A stretch of 55,182 bases of DNA from an uncultured Oscillospiraceae bacterium. GTDB taxonomy: Bacteria; Bacillota; Clostridia; Oscillospirales; Ruminococcaceae. The notes beneath the pieces are model-generated. The model had not been told where the DNA came from. It made no database searches and saw nothing but the letters and a program-made list of their open reading frames with translations. The position numbers and the translations under genes are program-made. This document shows, one piece after another, positions 17,672-27,312 of this stretch (positions are counted from its first letter, which is position 1; every line of letters starts with the position of its first letter). The stretch covers positions 1 to 55,182 of the forward strand of contig CAYUOH010000013.1 in the NCBI GenBank assembly GCA_964446385.1. Direction: 5' to 3'.

Positions 17672-19318
17672 GTGGGCATCCCGATTGTTGTCGGCGTAAC
17701 CGGCCATCGCTCACTGCGAACGCAAGATCTTTCGATGCTGCGCGCAGTTGTTTCAGCACAGTTGGAAAAGTTGATTGTTTCATACCCGAATTCCCAGTTT
17801 GTCATGTTGAATTCTATTGCATCCGGCGCGGATACTCTCTGCGCAATGGTCGCACTGGAACTGGGAATACGGCTGATTTGCCCGTTACCTATGCCGATTG
17901 AAGAGTATCGCAAAGATTTTACCGGCACGGACGCGACTTCATTTGATGCGCTGATTCTGCAGGCCGAGCGCCTTTTTGTTGTACCTGATAACGGTTTGTC
18001 TCCAAATCTTACGAGGGATGAGCATTATATGAACTCAGGCAGATACATCGCAAGGCACAGCTGCCTGCTTCTTGCTCTTTGGGACGGAATGCCCGCTAAA
18101 CCGGACGGTTGTGGAACGGCGGAGACTGTATCTTTTATGCTCGGTGCCAGCGACGAAGCGACTACCGGCTGCCTTAAAGCAGCGAACAATGGCGCGGTTC
18201 TCCACATATATACGCCTAAGCAAGGAGAAGAGTGCGAATTACAAAATCCATCTGTCCGTCTTCTGGAAAACGTACCGGGCTGTCTGAAAAACACGCTGGA
18301 GACAATAGATACATTCAACACAGATACAAGGAGAATAGCCAGCGACGTTAAAAAGACTGAGCCGCTCATAACAAAGGGTATCCTTTCCGAGATGCCGGAA
18401 GACATACAGCAGCTTCATGAGGTATATCAGACGTCAGATAGCCTGTCACTTCGGTTTCAGGCAAGATACTTACATGCGATCCGATATTTATCTATATTCG
18501 GCGCGATGCTGGTGCTATTTTTCCTACTCTACGACGAAATGGAGAGTAATTTGTTTTTAATTTTATACGGGCTGCTGATCCTGTTTTATGTGCTGACTTT
18601 CGTGAGAATTCGTAAAAGCCAAGCGCATGAAAAGTACCTTCGTTACCGTATGCTCTCCGAAACGCTTCGCGTGCAATTTTTTCTCTGCGCAGCCGGATCA
18701 AACGACAATGTAGCTGACGAATTTACCTGGACACAGAAGCAGGAAACTGCATGGATTAAGCAGACCATTTCGGCGCTGCTTATCGGTGAATCAGCAAGGC
18801 AATCGCTACCCGATGAAACGATTAATAAATTGTGGATTGAAGGTCAGCTTTCTTATCATGAAAGTGCATATCGTCGCTCCTTCGGTCAGCAACATATCCG
18901 TGAGACCACCGCAAATTGGGTGCTTGCTGCTACCTTTGCTCTCTTTATCCTTGTATTAGTGCTGGAGTTCACGTTTGATTCTGCCATGACAAAGACGCTG
19001 TTCCGGAAACCTTTCCCGCCTCTTATGCTCTATCACAGCGGACAAACGGTCACTCTCCGAAACCTTATGAAAATACTGCTCGGCACGGTTTCGGCTATAG
19101 CCGTGTTTTTCACTAATTATTACGGAAAACTCTCCTTGGGCAGAAAGAGTATCGACCATAACCGTATGGCTCACCTGTATGCCTCGGCGAAGGAACAGTA
19201 TGCATCCCAAAAAAATGATTACATGTCTCTTTTCATCGCGCTTGCACGCGAGGAGATCATCGAGATCGGCAACTGGTTTTCCTATAGCCGAGAGAATGCG
19301 CCTTCTTTTCAGATATGA
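17672..19318 (+). CDS. SLOG-like (LOG/DprA/YpsA-type Rossmannoid) N-domain fused to a C-terminal multi-TM (SLATT-like) region, 548 aa
   Basis: GTG start 5 nt after an AAGGAG SD; N-terminus IVVGVTGHR...SGADTLCAMVALELG...DGCGTAETV resembles the LOG-family GGxGTxxE and DprA GxD..AH motifs; four predicted TM helices after aa 250. Confidence 0.5.
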   Translation: MGIPIVVGVTGHRSLRTQDLSMLRAVVSAQLEKLIVSYPNSQFVMLNSIASGADTLCAMVALELGIRLICPLPMPIEEYRKDFTGTDATSFDALILQAERLFVVPDNGLSPNLTRDEHYMNSGRYIARHSCLLLALWDGMPAKPDGCGTAETVSFMLGASDEATTGCLKAANNGAVLHIYTPKQGEECELQNPSVRLLENVPGCLKNTLETIDTFNTDTRRIASDVKKTEPLITKGILSEMPEDIQQLHEVYQTSDSLSLRFQARYLHAIRYLSIFGAMLVLFFLLYDEMESNLFLILYGLLILFYVLTFVRIRKSQAHEKYLRYRMLSETLRVQFFLCAAGSNDNVADEFTWTQKQETAWIKQTISALLIGESARQSLPDETINKLWIEGQLSYHESAYRRSFGQQHIRETTANWVLAATFALFILVLVLEFTFDSAMTKTLFRKPFPPLMLYHSGQTVTLRNLMKILLGTVSAIAVFFTNYYGKLSLGRKSIDHNRMAHLYASAKEQYASQKNDYMSLFIALAREEIIEIGNWFSYSRENAPSFQI

Positions 19319-19595
19319 TTCAATCCAGGTCACGCGGTTGAGTCTAATCGAAGTGAAAAAGTTGATTGATCAGCAAATTAATGCTTATACCAGACAAGTA
19401 CTAAACTGTAAAACTATTACATACACTACGCTGTCACGGATTCCAGCCGGGTTGGACGTATTGCGGTATCTGATCGAATCAGGCACGAGCATTGGCCGGA
19501 TGACGGAGAAAACGTAAAAGATTGATTGAAGTTGACTATAATCATGCTATACTGGAAAAACAAAGGCCATAAAAAACGGTATAAGGAGTCAAAAA

Positions 19596-20081
19596 ATGAA
19601 AATATTGGTCCCTGTTGATGGTTCTTCCGCTTCTATTAATGCAGTTAAAAAGTCGATTAAGATAGCAAAGTATTATAATTTTTCAATAAAACTGATATCT
19701 GTTATTCAACCTGCAACCGCAAGAAGATATATGAGGAATGAAAGCCTCTGGCGTCAGACAGATGGATCAGCAATAACGGGTAGAAAAATGAAGTTTGATG
19801 ACGATGAATTCACTGGTAAAATGCAAGCAGAGGCAAACGAAATGTTGGATTCAATAATTTCTAAATTAAACTTTGAAGATGTTAAAGTTGAAAAAGAAAT
19901 ATTAGTGGGAGAGCCTCACGATAAAATTCTTGAAACAGCAGAAAATGAAAATTTTGATTTAATTATAATGAGCAACAGAGGATATTCTAGCATAAAAAAC
20001 TTCTTTTTAGGTTCTGTGGCACAAAGAGTAATTGCCGAGTCAAAGTGTCCTGTATTAATATTTCATTCCGATTTAGAATAA
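19596..20081 (+). CDS. universal stress protein UspA family
   Basis: MKILVPVDGSSAS...DLIIMSNRGYSSIKNFFLGSVAQRVIAESKCPVLIFH, the canonical Usp ATP-binding C-terminus; AT-rich. Confidence 0.85.
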   Translation: MKILVPVDGSSASINAVKKSIKIAKYYNFSIKLISVIQPATARRYMRNESLWRQTDGSAITGRKMKFDDDEFTGKMQAEANEMLDSIISKLNFEDVKVEKEILVGEPHDKILETAENENFDLIIMSNRGYSSIKNFFLGSVAQRVIAESKCPVLIFHSDLE

Positions 20082-20104
20082 GATATTTTATTTATTAAAG
20101 ACTA

Positions 20105-20144
20105 GGGGTTGTCGCAGTTCAAAAAAAGAACATGCGACAACCCC
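20105..20144. terminator. 12-bp perfect hairpin downstream of usp (possible terminator, weak U-tract)
   Basis: GGGGTTGTCGCA with a 16-nt loop and TGCGACAACCCC. Confidence 0.4.
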
Positions 20145-20398
20145 AGTTCTATTTAGATTATTTATGTATATACCAATATTTAGCCAATATAAAGACTCTG
20201 ATATATTACTTAAGAAGCTTTAATTCTTTCTGGCAATATGATATACTTTCGATGATTTGCGTGCTTACTGCGTACAAGATATTGACACTGAAAAGGGAAG
20301 ATCATAAGCTTGGTGAAAGGGCTGATTAATGATTAACATTTATCCGAAATATGCAGTTGTTAAACTATTGAACCAAGGTCATATATCAGGAGAGTAAA

Positions 20399-21448
20399 AT
20401 GAGGTTAAGCGAATTCTTCAATCAAATTATGGCGAATCCCATGTTATTGGTATCATCAATTCTGACGTTGGGTGTCGTGTTGGTGAATGGCTGGACGGAC
20501 GCCCCTAATGCTATTGCCACATGCGTTTCCACAAGAGCCATTAATGTTCGAAAAGCCATTGTTATGGCGTCGATATTCAATTTTCTGGGTGTTTTGGTTA
20601 TGACATCCGTCAACACCTCAGTCGCGTTTACCATATACAATATGGTGGACTTCGGCGGAGATTCACGAATCGCCCTGATAGCGCTTTGTGCCGCTATGGC
20701 TGCAATCGTCATCTGGGCAACGGCTGCCTGGTACTTCGGCATTCCCACAAGTGAGAGTCATGCTCTGATTGCCGGTATATCAGGCGCGGCGGTTGCTCTC
20801 CAGAACAGCTTTTCCGGTATTAATGGCAAGGAATGGATGAAGGTGATTTACGGCATAATCCTTTCCACAATTTTAGGATTTGTCCTTGGTTTTATTTCGT
20901 CCAAAGCAACCGTACTTCTGTTCAGCAAGAAGAACCGGCTTAGGACAGAGCGCTTCTTCGGAGGAGCGCAGGTTGCCGGAGGGGCAGCAATGGCATTTAT
21001 GCATGGTGCGCAGGACGGGCAGAAGTTTATGGCTATCTTCCTGCTCGGCGCAGCGATGGCTAAAGGACAAGCGGGCTCTACCAATTTTGTTGTGCCCATT
21101 TGGTTAATGCTTCTGTGTTCAGCGGTGATGGGACTCGGGACATCTATCGGCGGCTACCGTATTATCAAATCGGTTGGAATGGACATGGTAAAGCTAAAAC
21201 CCTATCAGGGCTTTGCGGCAGATTTTTCCGCAACTCTCTGCCTGCTCTTGTCTTCACTAACCGGTATTCCCGTCAGTACCACGCACACAAAAACGACTGC
21301 GATAATGGGTGTTGGCGCCGCCCGCCGAATCAGTTCTGTAAACTGGAGTATTGTAAATGAACTGGTGCTGACTTGGGTATTCACATTTCCCGGTTGCGGT
21401 ATATTAGGTTTTGGAATGGCGAAATTATTCATACTGATATTTGCGTAA
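20399..21448 (+). CDS. inorganic phosphate transporter, PiT family
   Basis: Polytopic membrane protein with the GWTDAPNAIAT motif (PiT GANDVANA-like), repeated in the second half. Confidence 0.85.
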   Translation: MRLSEFFNQIMANPMLLVSSILTLGVVLVNGWTDAPNAIATCVSTRAINVRKAIVMASIFNFLGVLVMTSVNTSVAFTIYNMVDFGGDSRIALIALCAAMAAIVIWATAAWYFGIPTSESHALIAGISGAAVALQNSFSGINGKEWMKVIYGIILSTILGFVLGFISSKATVLLFSKKNRLRTERFFGGAQVAGGAAMAFMHGAQDGQKFMAIFLLGAAMAKGQAGSTNFVVPIWLMLLCSAVMGLGTSIGGYRIIKSVGMDMVKLKPYQGFAADFSATLCLLLSSLTGIPVSTTHTKTTAIMGVGAARRISSVNWSIVNELVLTWVFTFPGCGILGFGMAKLFILIFA

Positions 21449-21460
21449 GGAGATATTATA

Positions 21461-22081
21461 ATGTCAAAGAAAAACAATGATTATTTTGAGCTGATGAAAA
21501 AGCACACCGCCTGCTGTGTTGAGGCCTCCAATCTTCTGGAAGGTATTCTGAGTAACTACAAGGCGGAGGAGATTGGCACCTACAGAGAACAGATGCACAA
21601 GATCGAACATACAGCAGATAAAGTTCAGCATGATATTTTAAACAAACTCGCTGTTGAATTCATTACGGTCATCGACCAGGAAGACATTCTTCGTCTGGTT
21701 CAGATTATTGATGACATTGCTGATGCTCTGGATGATGTTATCCTGAACATGTATATGTACCATATTGATAATATCCCGGAGAGTACCATATCTCTCTCCA
21801 AGGTTGTCAACAGATGCGTGAAGGAGATGCATGGCGCGGTATCAGAACTTAAAAATTACAAAAAACGTGAGTCAATACACGATCTTATCGTTAAAGTAAA
21901 CGATATCGAAAGCGAAGCGGATCGGGTATATCAAGAGGCGATATACAAACTTTTCGGTTCAGAAGTCAGTGGAAAGACGCTGCTAGGTACAAAAGCAATA
22001 TACGATGGCCTTGAGGGTTGCTGTGATTTGTGCGAGAAAGTCGCAGATGTCATTGAACAGGTTATAATCAAGAACACGTAA
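21461..22081 (+). CDS. DUF47 (PhoU-like) phosphate-transport accessory protein
   Basis: 206-aa helical protein with the HKIEHTADKV...ESEADRVYQEAIYKLF pattern typical of DUF47 proteins that pair with PiT. Confidence 0.8.
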   Translation: MSKKNNDYFELMKKHTACCVEASNLLEGILSNYKAEEIGTYREQMHKIEHTADKVQHDILNKLAVEFITVIDQEDILRLVQIIDDIADALDDVILNMYMYHIDNIPESTISLSKVVNRCVKEMHGAVSELKNYKKRESIHDLIVKVNDIESEADRVYQEAIYKLFGSEVSGKTLLGTKAIYDGLEGCCDLCEKVADVIEQVIIKNT

Positions 22082-22168
22082 GCCAAGAAAGTTTTCGGTG
22101 TTTTTGAGGGAAAAACCTGTGATCGCCTCAGGATACACTGATACATAAAAATTAGTTGCCGGATGCAG

Positions 22169-22210
22169 CAACGCCTCTCAGCCGTGATGGTTGAGAGGCG
22201 TTGTTATTAC
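22169..22210 (+). terminator. Rho-independent terminator of the pit-DUF47 unit
   Basis: 12-bp stem CAACGCCTCTCA/TGAGAGGCGTTG with an 11-nt loop, followed by TTATT. Confidence 0.55.
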
Positions 22211-22274
22211 TATTAATATAAAAAGCGGGACAGATTACTCCGCCCCGCAGGTTCGCTATATGATCGCCCTCTAA

Positions 22275-22484
22275 TTAAAGAGCAAAAACGTTTACCGCTC
22301 TGAGCTTGCGGCTGTTTTTTGGATCAGTCTCAGTTTCGAATGTGACTCTTTGGCCATCTTTCAAAGACTTGTATCCGTCAGATCTGATTGCGGAAAAATG
22401 CACAAATACATCTTCTCCACCTTCGTCGTTGGAAATGAAGCCGAAGCCCTTTTCCGCATTGAACCATTTTACTGTACCGTTCAT
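22275..22484 (-). CDS. cspA: cold-shock protein CspA family (69 aa)
   Basis: [17 protein letters not shown]...DVFVHFSAI, the canonical CSD RNP1/RNP2 motifs; GGAGGT SD. The ORF-track start at 22535 adds a spurious 17 aa. Confidence 0.9.
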   Translation of the reverse strand: MNGTVKWFNAEKGFGFISNDEGGEDVFVHFSAIRSDGYKSLKDGQRVTFETETDPKNSRKLRAVNVFAL

Positions 22485-22776
22485 TGGGTACCTCCGAAAA
22501 TAATATGTTGTACCCAGAAAAAAAGAAAAACCCACATACTTTGCATATCATTAAACAACTATGATCCGCATAAATTTGAGGTCAAAGCAATTATCTTGAA
22601 TACTATATTAAAATATCACAAGACATTCCATAAGTCAAGAAAAATAATATGCATAATCTCTAGAGAAAACGGCATAAACGATATTGCTATCGATTATGCC
22701 GTTTATTTAGAAATGATAAATTCTTATCCTGTCTCGCTAAAGGGGAGAGATGTCCTTTTTATCGAATAATGGAGAA

Positions 22777-24168
22777 TTATTTAACTTCCTTTTTATCGCC
22801 GATACTGAGGATAAGGTTAAGAATAATACCAAAAATAGCAGCGCCAGCAATACAAGGAACATTAATCCCAAAGAATGGTATGTTGCCGCCGAAGGCATAC
22901 TGCCCGCCGATACCAATAACCATAATCGATGCGATAACTGCTATATTCCTGGAACTGAACATATCGACCTTTTTTTCAATCATAATCGCGATACCCTGAG
23001 CTGCGATTGCGCCAAAGAGGTATATTTCAAGTCCGCCGATTACAGCAAGCGGAATTCCATAAATTACACTAATAAGAGGAGTAAAGAAGGAAATAACCAT
23101 CGCAATAACAGAAGCTGCGATAAGAACAGGTATGGAGAAAACTCTCGTTATGGCCATTGTGCTTATATTTTCACCATAGTTTGTACCGGCGGGACCTCCT
23201 ACGAATCCGGATATCATATCACAGAGTCCGTCACCGATTAGATTCTTGTGAAGAAGATCAGCTAGGTTATACTTTTTTTTGCCTTTCTTCGCAGCTAGAT
23301 CGTTTACATAGATGTCCAGCTGATATATATGTGCAGTGGACTCCGGTATAGTTGCTATCGCTATGGGCATAATCGCCGCAACAGCCGGCAAGGAAAATTT
23401 AGGCAAAGAAAATGCCGGAAGGGCAAAGATGCTTCCGTCGCCGAGCTTCCAAGTGGAAGCGGCTAAAACTTCGGCTGGAAGGTTGCGGAAAAGACTCATT
23501 TCAGAGCCTCCTATCATACATAGAACAGCGGCAAAGGCGCAACCGACAGCTGCACCCATAAGCAACGGGAGCTGTCCGAGAAAACCCTTGAGATATCTAG
23601 AGAAAAGGACTGTAGAAATTAGAGTTACAAGTGATACTGCCCATACCCAACCGGAAGCGATGATACCGCCATCAGCAGCAGGTGCCGCGTCTAGAAGTGC
23701 GTTTCCCGCCAGAGTAAGCCCGATAACCATAGCAATAGGCCCAGTAATTGTTGCCGGCAGAACTTTTTCGACCGCATTTCGTCCGGAATACTTGACAATA
23801 AGGCCGGCGGCGATCGACACAAGACCTGACGCAATTATACCGAACTGAGCTATCTGTATTGCCTCGGCCGGAAGTATACCATTTACTTTCGCAAATCCCT
23901 GTGCAGCGGCAAGACCCGATATAGCTGATAGATAAGAAAAGCTCGAACCATAGTACATTGGAATCTTTTTGCCTGTAATGAATACAAAACAAATGGTCGC
24001 CAGACCGCTGGCGAAGATGGTTGTGGATACCTGAAATCCAGTAATGAGTGCAACCGTAATAGTAGCCGGGAACATGACGATAACCTGCTGCAGAGCGTAA
24101 AGCAGAAGCTTACCTACAGGTGGTTTCTCATCTGGCAGATACCCGATGATTTCTTTTTCTTTTTTCAA
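22777..24168 (-). CDS. NCS2 family nucleobase (uracil/xanthine) permease
   Basis: Polytopic permease with NCS2-like organisation; TTG start with a GAGGAGG SD. Confidence 0.85.
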   Translation of the reverse strand: MKKEKEIIGYLPDEKPPVGKLLLYALQQVIVMFPATITVALITGFQVSTTIFASGLATICFVFITGKKIPMYYGSSFSYLSAISGLAAAQGFAKVNGILPAEAIQIAQFGIIASGLVSIAAGLIVKYSGRNAVEKVLPATITGPIAMVIGLTLAGNALLDAAPAADGGIIASGWVWAVSLVTLISTVLFSRYLKGFLGQLPLLMGAAVGCAFAAVLCMIGGSEMSLFRNLPAEVLAASTWKLGDGSIFALPAFSLPKFSLPAVAAIMPIAIATIPESTAHIYQLDIYVNDLAAKKGKKKYNLADLLHKNLIGDGLCDMISGFVGGPAGTNYGENISTMAITRVFSIPVLIAASVIAMVISFFTPLISVIYGIPLAVIGGLEIYLFGAIAAQGIAIMIEKKVDMFSSRNIAVIASIMVIGIGGQYAFGGNIPFFGINVPCIAGAAIFGIILNLILSIGDKKEVK

Positions 24169-24287
24169 TTTGCCTTTCCTCCTCTGTTTTGCGTAATTGA
24201 AGATATTATAAGTACTAGAATCCGATATTTCAATATATATTTATTTAAAGTGCTAATTGTCTTATGCGTTAAAGTGAAAATACTAAT

Positions 24288-25403
24288 TTATTCCTGAATA
24301 TGAGGATAGGTATAAATATCGTTTTTATAATTTCTCATAACAATCTCGTCATTAGTAACAGAAACAACATACTCCGGATTGATCGGAATCTTCCCGCCGC
24401 CGTGAGGGGCATCAATCACAAATTTCGGGACGGCGTATCCTGAAATATTACCGGTCAAATTCTTAATAATTTCAATCCCTTTTTCAACCTTAGTGCGAAA
24501 ATGCCCAAGTCCCTGGCTTAAATCACATTGGTACAGATAATAAGGCCGCACACGCATTTTGACCAGCTTTAAGAGCAGTTCCTTCATTGTCTCAGTATTG
24601 TCATTGATCCCGCGGAGAAGAACACTCTGGTTTCCCAGCGGGATTCCCGCATCAACGATATCGGCGCAGGCCTTGACAGAAGCTGGGGTAATCTCTTTGG
24701 GATGATTAAAATGTGTGTTGATCCAAATGGGCTGGTATTTTTTTAACATGCTTAATAGCTCGGGTGTGATACGCATAGGCAGGACAACCGGAACTCTGGT
24801 CCCAATACGAATGATCTCTACATGGTCAATCTTTCGTATTTTCGCGATAATATTTTCCAGCATTTCATCGCCCAGTGTAAGGGGGTCTCCACCGGATATA
24901 AGCACATCTCGTATTGCTTCATTCTTTGCAATATAATTTACCGCTTTGTCTACCTCTTCTGCGCTGATTGCATGATCTTCCTCTCCTACAGTCCGCCTTC
25001 TGGTACAATGCCGGCAGTACATAGAGCACATATGAGTAACTAAAAATAACACCCGATCCGGGTAACGGTGTATTATATTTTCTACCGGGCTATCCCGTTC
25101 TTCATCTAAGGGATCTGCCAGTTCATACGGAAGTACCTTTATTTCGTTTATTGTTGGTACCGCCTGCATCCGAATGGGACATTTAGAATCCACCGGATCC
25201 ATTAATGAAGTATAGTAAGGCGTGATTGCCATTCGAAAATTATTCAGACAGTTTGATATGTTCTCTTTCTCTTCCTCGCTTAAGTGGATTACCTTTTCAA
25301 GCTGATTAACTGTTGTAATTCTGTTTCTTAGCTGCCATTTCCAATCCTGCCACTCAGCACTGTGAGGCTCAGGCTCCAGAGATGCTTCCGTAATTTCTTC
25401 CAT
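24288..25403 (-). CDS. KamA family radical-SAM protein (lysine 2,3-aminomutase-like)
   Basis: CSMYCRHCTRRR is the CxxxCxxC radical-SAM cluster in a KamA-type context; 371 aa. Confidence 0.85.
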   Translation of the reverse strand: MEEITEASLEPEPHSAEWQDWKWQLRNRITTVNQLEKVIHLSEEEKENISNCLNNFRMAITPYYTSLMDPVDSKCPIRMQAVPTINEIKVLPYELADPLDEERDSPVENIIHRYPDRVLFLVTHMCSMYCRHCTRRRTVGEEDHAISAEEVDKAVNYIAKNEAIRDVLISGGDPLTLGDEMLENIIAKIRKIDHVEIIRIGTRVPVVLPMRITPELLSMLKKYQPIWINTHFNHPKEITPASVKACADIVDAGIPLGNQSVLLRGINDNTETMKELLLKLVKMRVRPYYLYQCDLSQGLGHFRTKVEKGIEIIKNLTGNISGYAVPKFVIDAPHGGGKIPINPEYVVSVTNDEIVMRNYKNDIYTYPHIQE

Positions 25404-25419
25404 TATTTATCCCCAGTAT

Positions 25420-26484
25420 CTAATTAAAATAAGAGTTCATATTGTATCTTTTTGTGGCACTATTGAGTATGTTCCATATCAATAACTCGTAGTTCATTCC
25501 GTTAAACTCAGCGATCATTGGAAAGTCACTATATCCCGGTGCCAAACCAGGCAAGGGATTAATCTCGATAAAATAGATCTTACCTTCCGGAGAAAGACGA
25601 TAATCTATTCGTGCAAAATCCTTACAGGATAAAACCTCATAGATTTTTCTTGACATATTAGTCATTTCGGTTTCTATTTCTTTGCTGATATTTGCGGGAG
25701 ACTCATAGTGAACAAATTTAGTATAGTCCTGCTTGACTTGATAACTGTATATATTATAGTTATTGCTTTGATTTGTGTAGCATATTTCCATTGGGGGAAA
25801 TATATGAGTGTCGTTGCCGTTTCCGAAAATGCCCACTGTAAATTCGCGACCGCTGATGTACTCCTCGACCAGGATGTCCTGTTTGTATAGACTTATGTCC
25901 TTCAACAGCAGTTCCTGCAGTTCTTTCCGGTTCGTAACAACCGCGACATCGGATATTCCTTTGCTTGATCCCTCTGCGTTTGGCTTAACAATCGCTGGAA
26001 AATCAAGTTTTCCGGTCAATCGGAGCTGCTGTTCCGCAGTGATTATTCGACCTCTAGGTACTCTAATATGGTATGTAGATAAGATTCGTTTTGTTAACGC
26101 CTTGTCCAGAGCAATGCATAGTGTTGTTTCATCCGAACCGGTATATGGGATATTATAGAAATTTAGCAACGCTGGCACTTGCGATTCACGGGCTCTTCCC
26201 CTCATTCCTTCCGCTATGTTGAAGACAATGTCAGGCTTATCCTCCGCCAGTTTTGTCGGTAACTCGTTACTCACTTCAAGTAAGGTGACACGACAGTTCC
26301 TGCTTTCCAGTGCCTCCTTTATAGCCCTAACCGTTGTAATATCATCATATTCCGCTTCGTTATCTTCGGGTTCTGAACCAGTTGATTGTGGCACTGTTTC
26401 CGCGTTGCGATTGCTTTTCTTCAAATTATACGTTATTCCTACATGAAGTAATCGCGGAGGGGTACACGTTTCTTTTTCTTCCAT
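25420..26484 (-). CDS. ATP-grasp ligase of the D-alanine--D-alanine ligase family
   Basis: Ddl-like N-domain plus ATP-grasp motifs (EEYISGREFTVGI, IEINPLPGL); co-directional with and 16 nt upstream of the KamA gene. Confidence 0.75.
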   Translation of the reverse strand: MEEKETCTPPRLLHVGITYNLKKSNRNAETVPQSTGSEPEDNEAEYDDITTVRAIKEALESRNCRVTLLEVSNELPTKLAEDKPDIVFNIAEGMRGRARESQVPALLNFYNIPYTGSDETTLCIALDKALTKRILSTYHIRVPRGRIITAEQQLRLTGKLDFPAIVKPNAEGSSKGISDVAVVTNRKELQELLLKDISLYKQDILVEEYISGREFTVGIFGNGNDTHIFPPMEICYTNQSNNYNIYSYQVKQDYTKFVHYESPANISKEIETEMTNMSRKIYEVLSCKDFARIDYRLSPEGKIYFIEINPLPGLAPGYSDFPMIAEFNGMNYELLIWNILNSATKRYNMNSYFN

Positions 26485-27312
26485 TTTGACGCCTCATTTC
26501 TGTGCAGTAATCCATACGGTATGTATCTTATGCTTATCTTATGTTCCAAATCTCATTTTGCAAAGAGTCTCTTCATTTGCGTACTGTTCAATTGTTTACA
26601 GCCGATATTGTTGCAGGTTTCCATGTCTGTACGGAGCTCTTAATTACTGACCTTTTCTGCTTTATTCGCTGTTTTGCACTTGTACGATATTCAGGAATTG
26701 TTTTTAATTTTTGCACCACAGGGCATATTCGCGTAACCTGCTATTCAATTATTTGGAGAATGCCATACAAAATTTTTCAGCTAATTCTATCTCATAATTT
26801 TTATCGCGTCAATAGAAAAAATTTCTATATTTTGGACTTCAAACAGAATTCAAATTATGTTCAGCAACAGAGCGGATTTCCGTTATGTTTTGTTGTTTGA
26901 GCTATGATGCAAATGATAGTTTTTGTTTACTGTTAAATATAAGAATGATTGACCTGATATTCGTTTATGCGTTCACAGCGGAGATGAGATGATATGCGAA
27001 TCAAGGGAGATGTTTAGCGTCTGAAAAGCTGAACGTGCAGATGGCAGACGGACACAGTGGGTCGGGTTTGCTTTGAATAGCATTGGTGAAAAAATACGTA
27101 AACCGTTGCTGACACGGAAAATCGGCATAGCCGGTAAAAACATACCAAACCATGCCGATATTATTTCTGAGATGGAAATCTAATATTTTGTCCCCGTTCA
27201 AAGGACGGGGCTGCTTAATTATGATTGAAGTTTCGATTATTATCACCCAACCAGTTTGCGGCACGAAAAAACAAATGCGGCCGTGGCAGGGTTTTAATGT
27301 GCGGTAATCATG

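Noticed and set aside
20132-20329. 65-aa ORF starting inside the usp terminator hairpin
   Set aside because: Its start codon lies within the stem of the hairpin, there is no SD, and the sequence is AT-rich.
26485-26800. Lysine (L-box) riboswitch upstream of the ATP-grasp/KamA operon
   Set aside because: The reverse-complement leader does not show L-box core elements (AGAGGCGC / GGUGCC motifs) on visual inspection.
26541-26900. 119-aa ORF in the long intergenic region
   Set aside because: No ribosome-binding site and a Phe/Cys/Ile-rich nonsense-like composition in AT-rich DNA; treated as non-coding.
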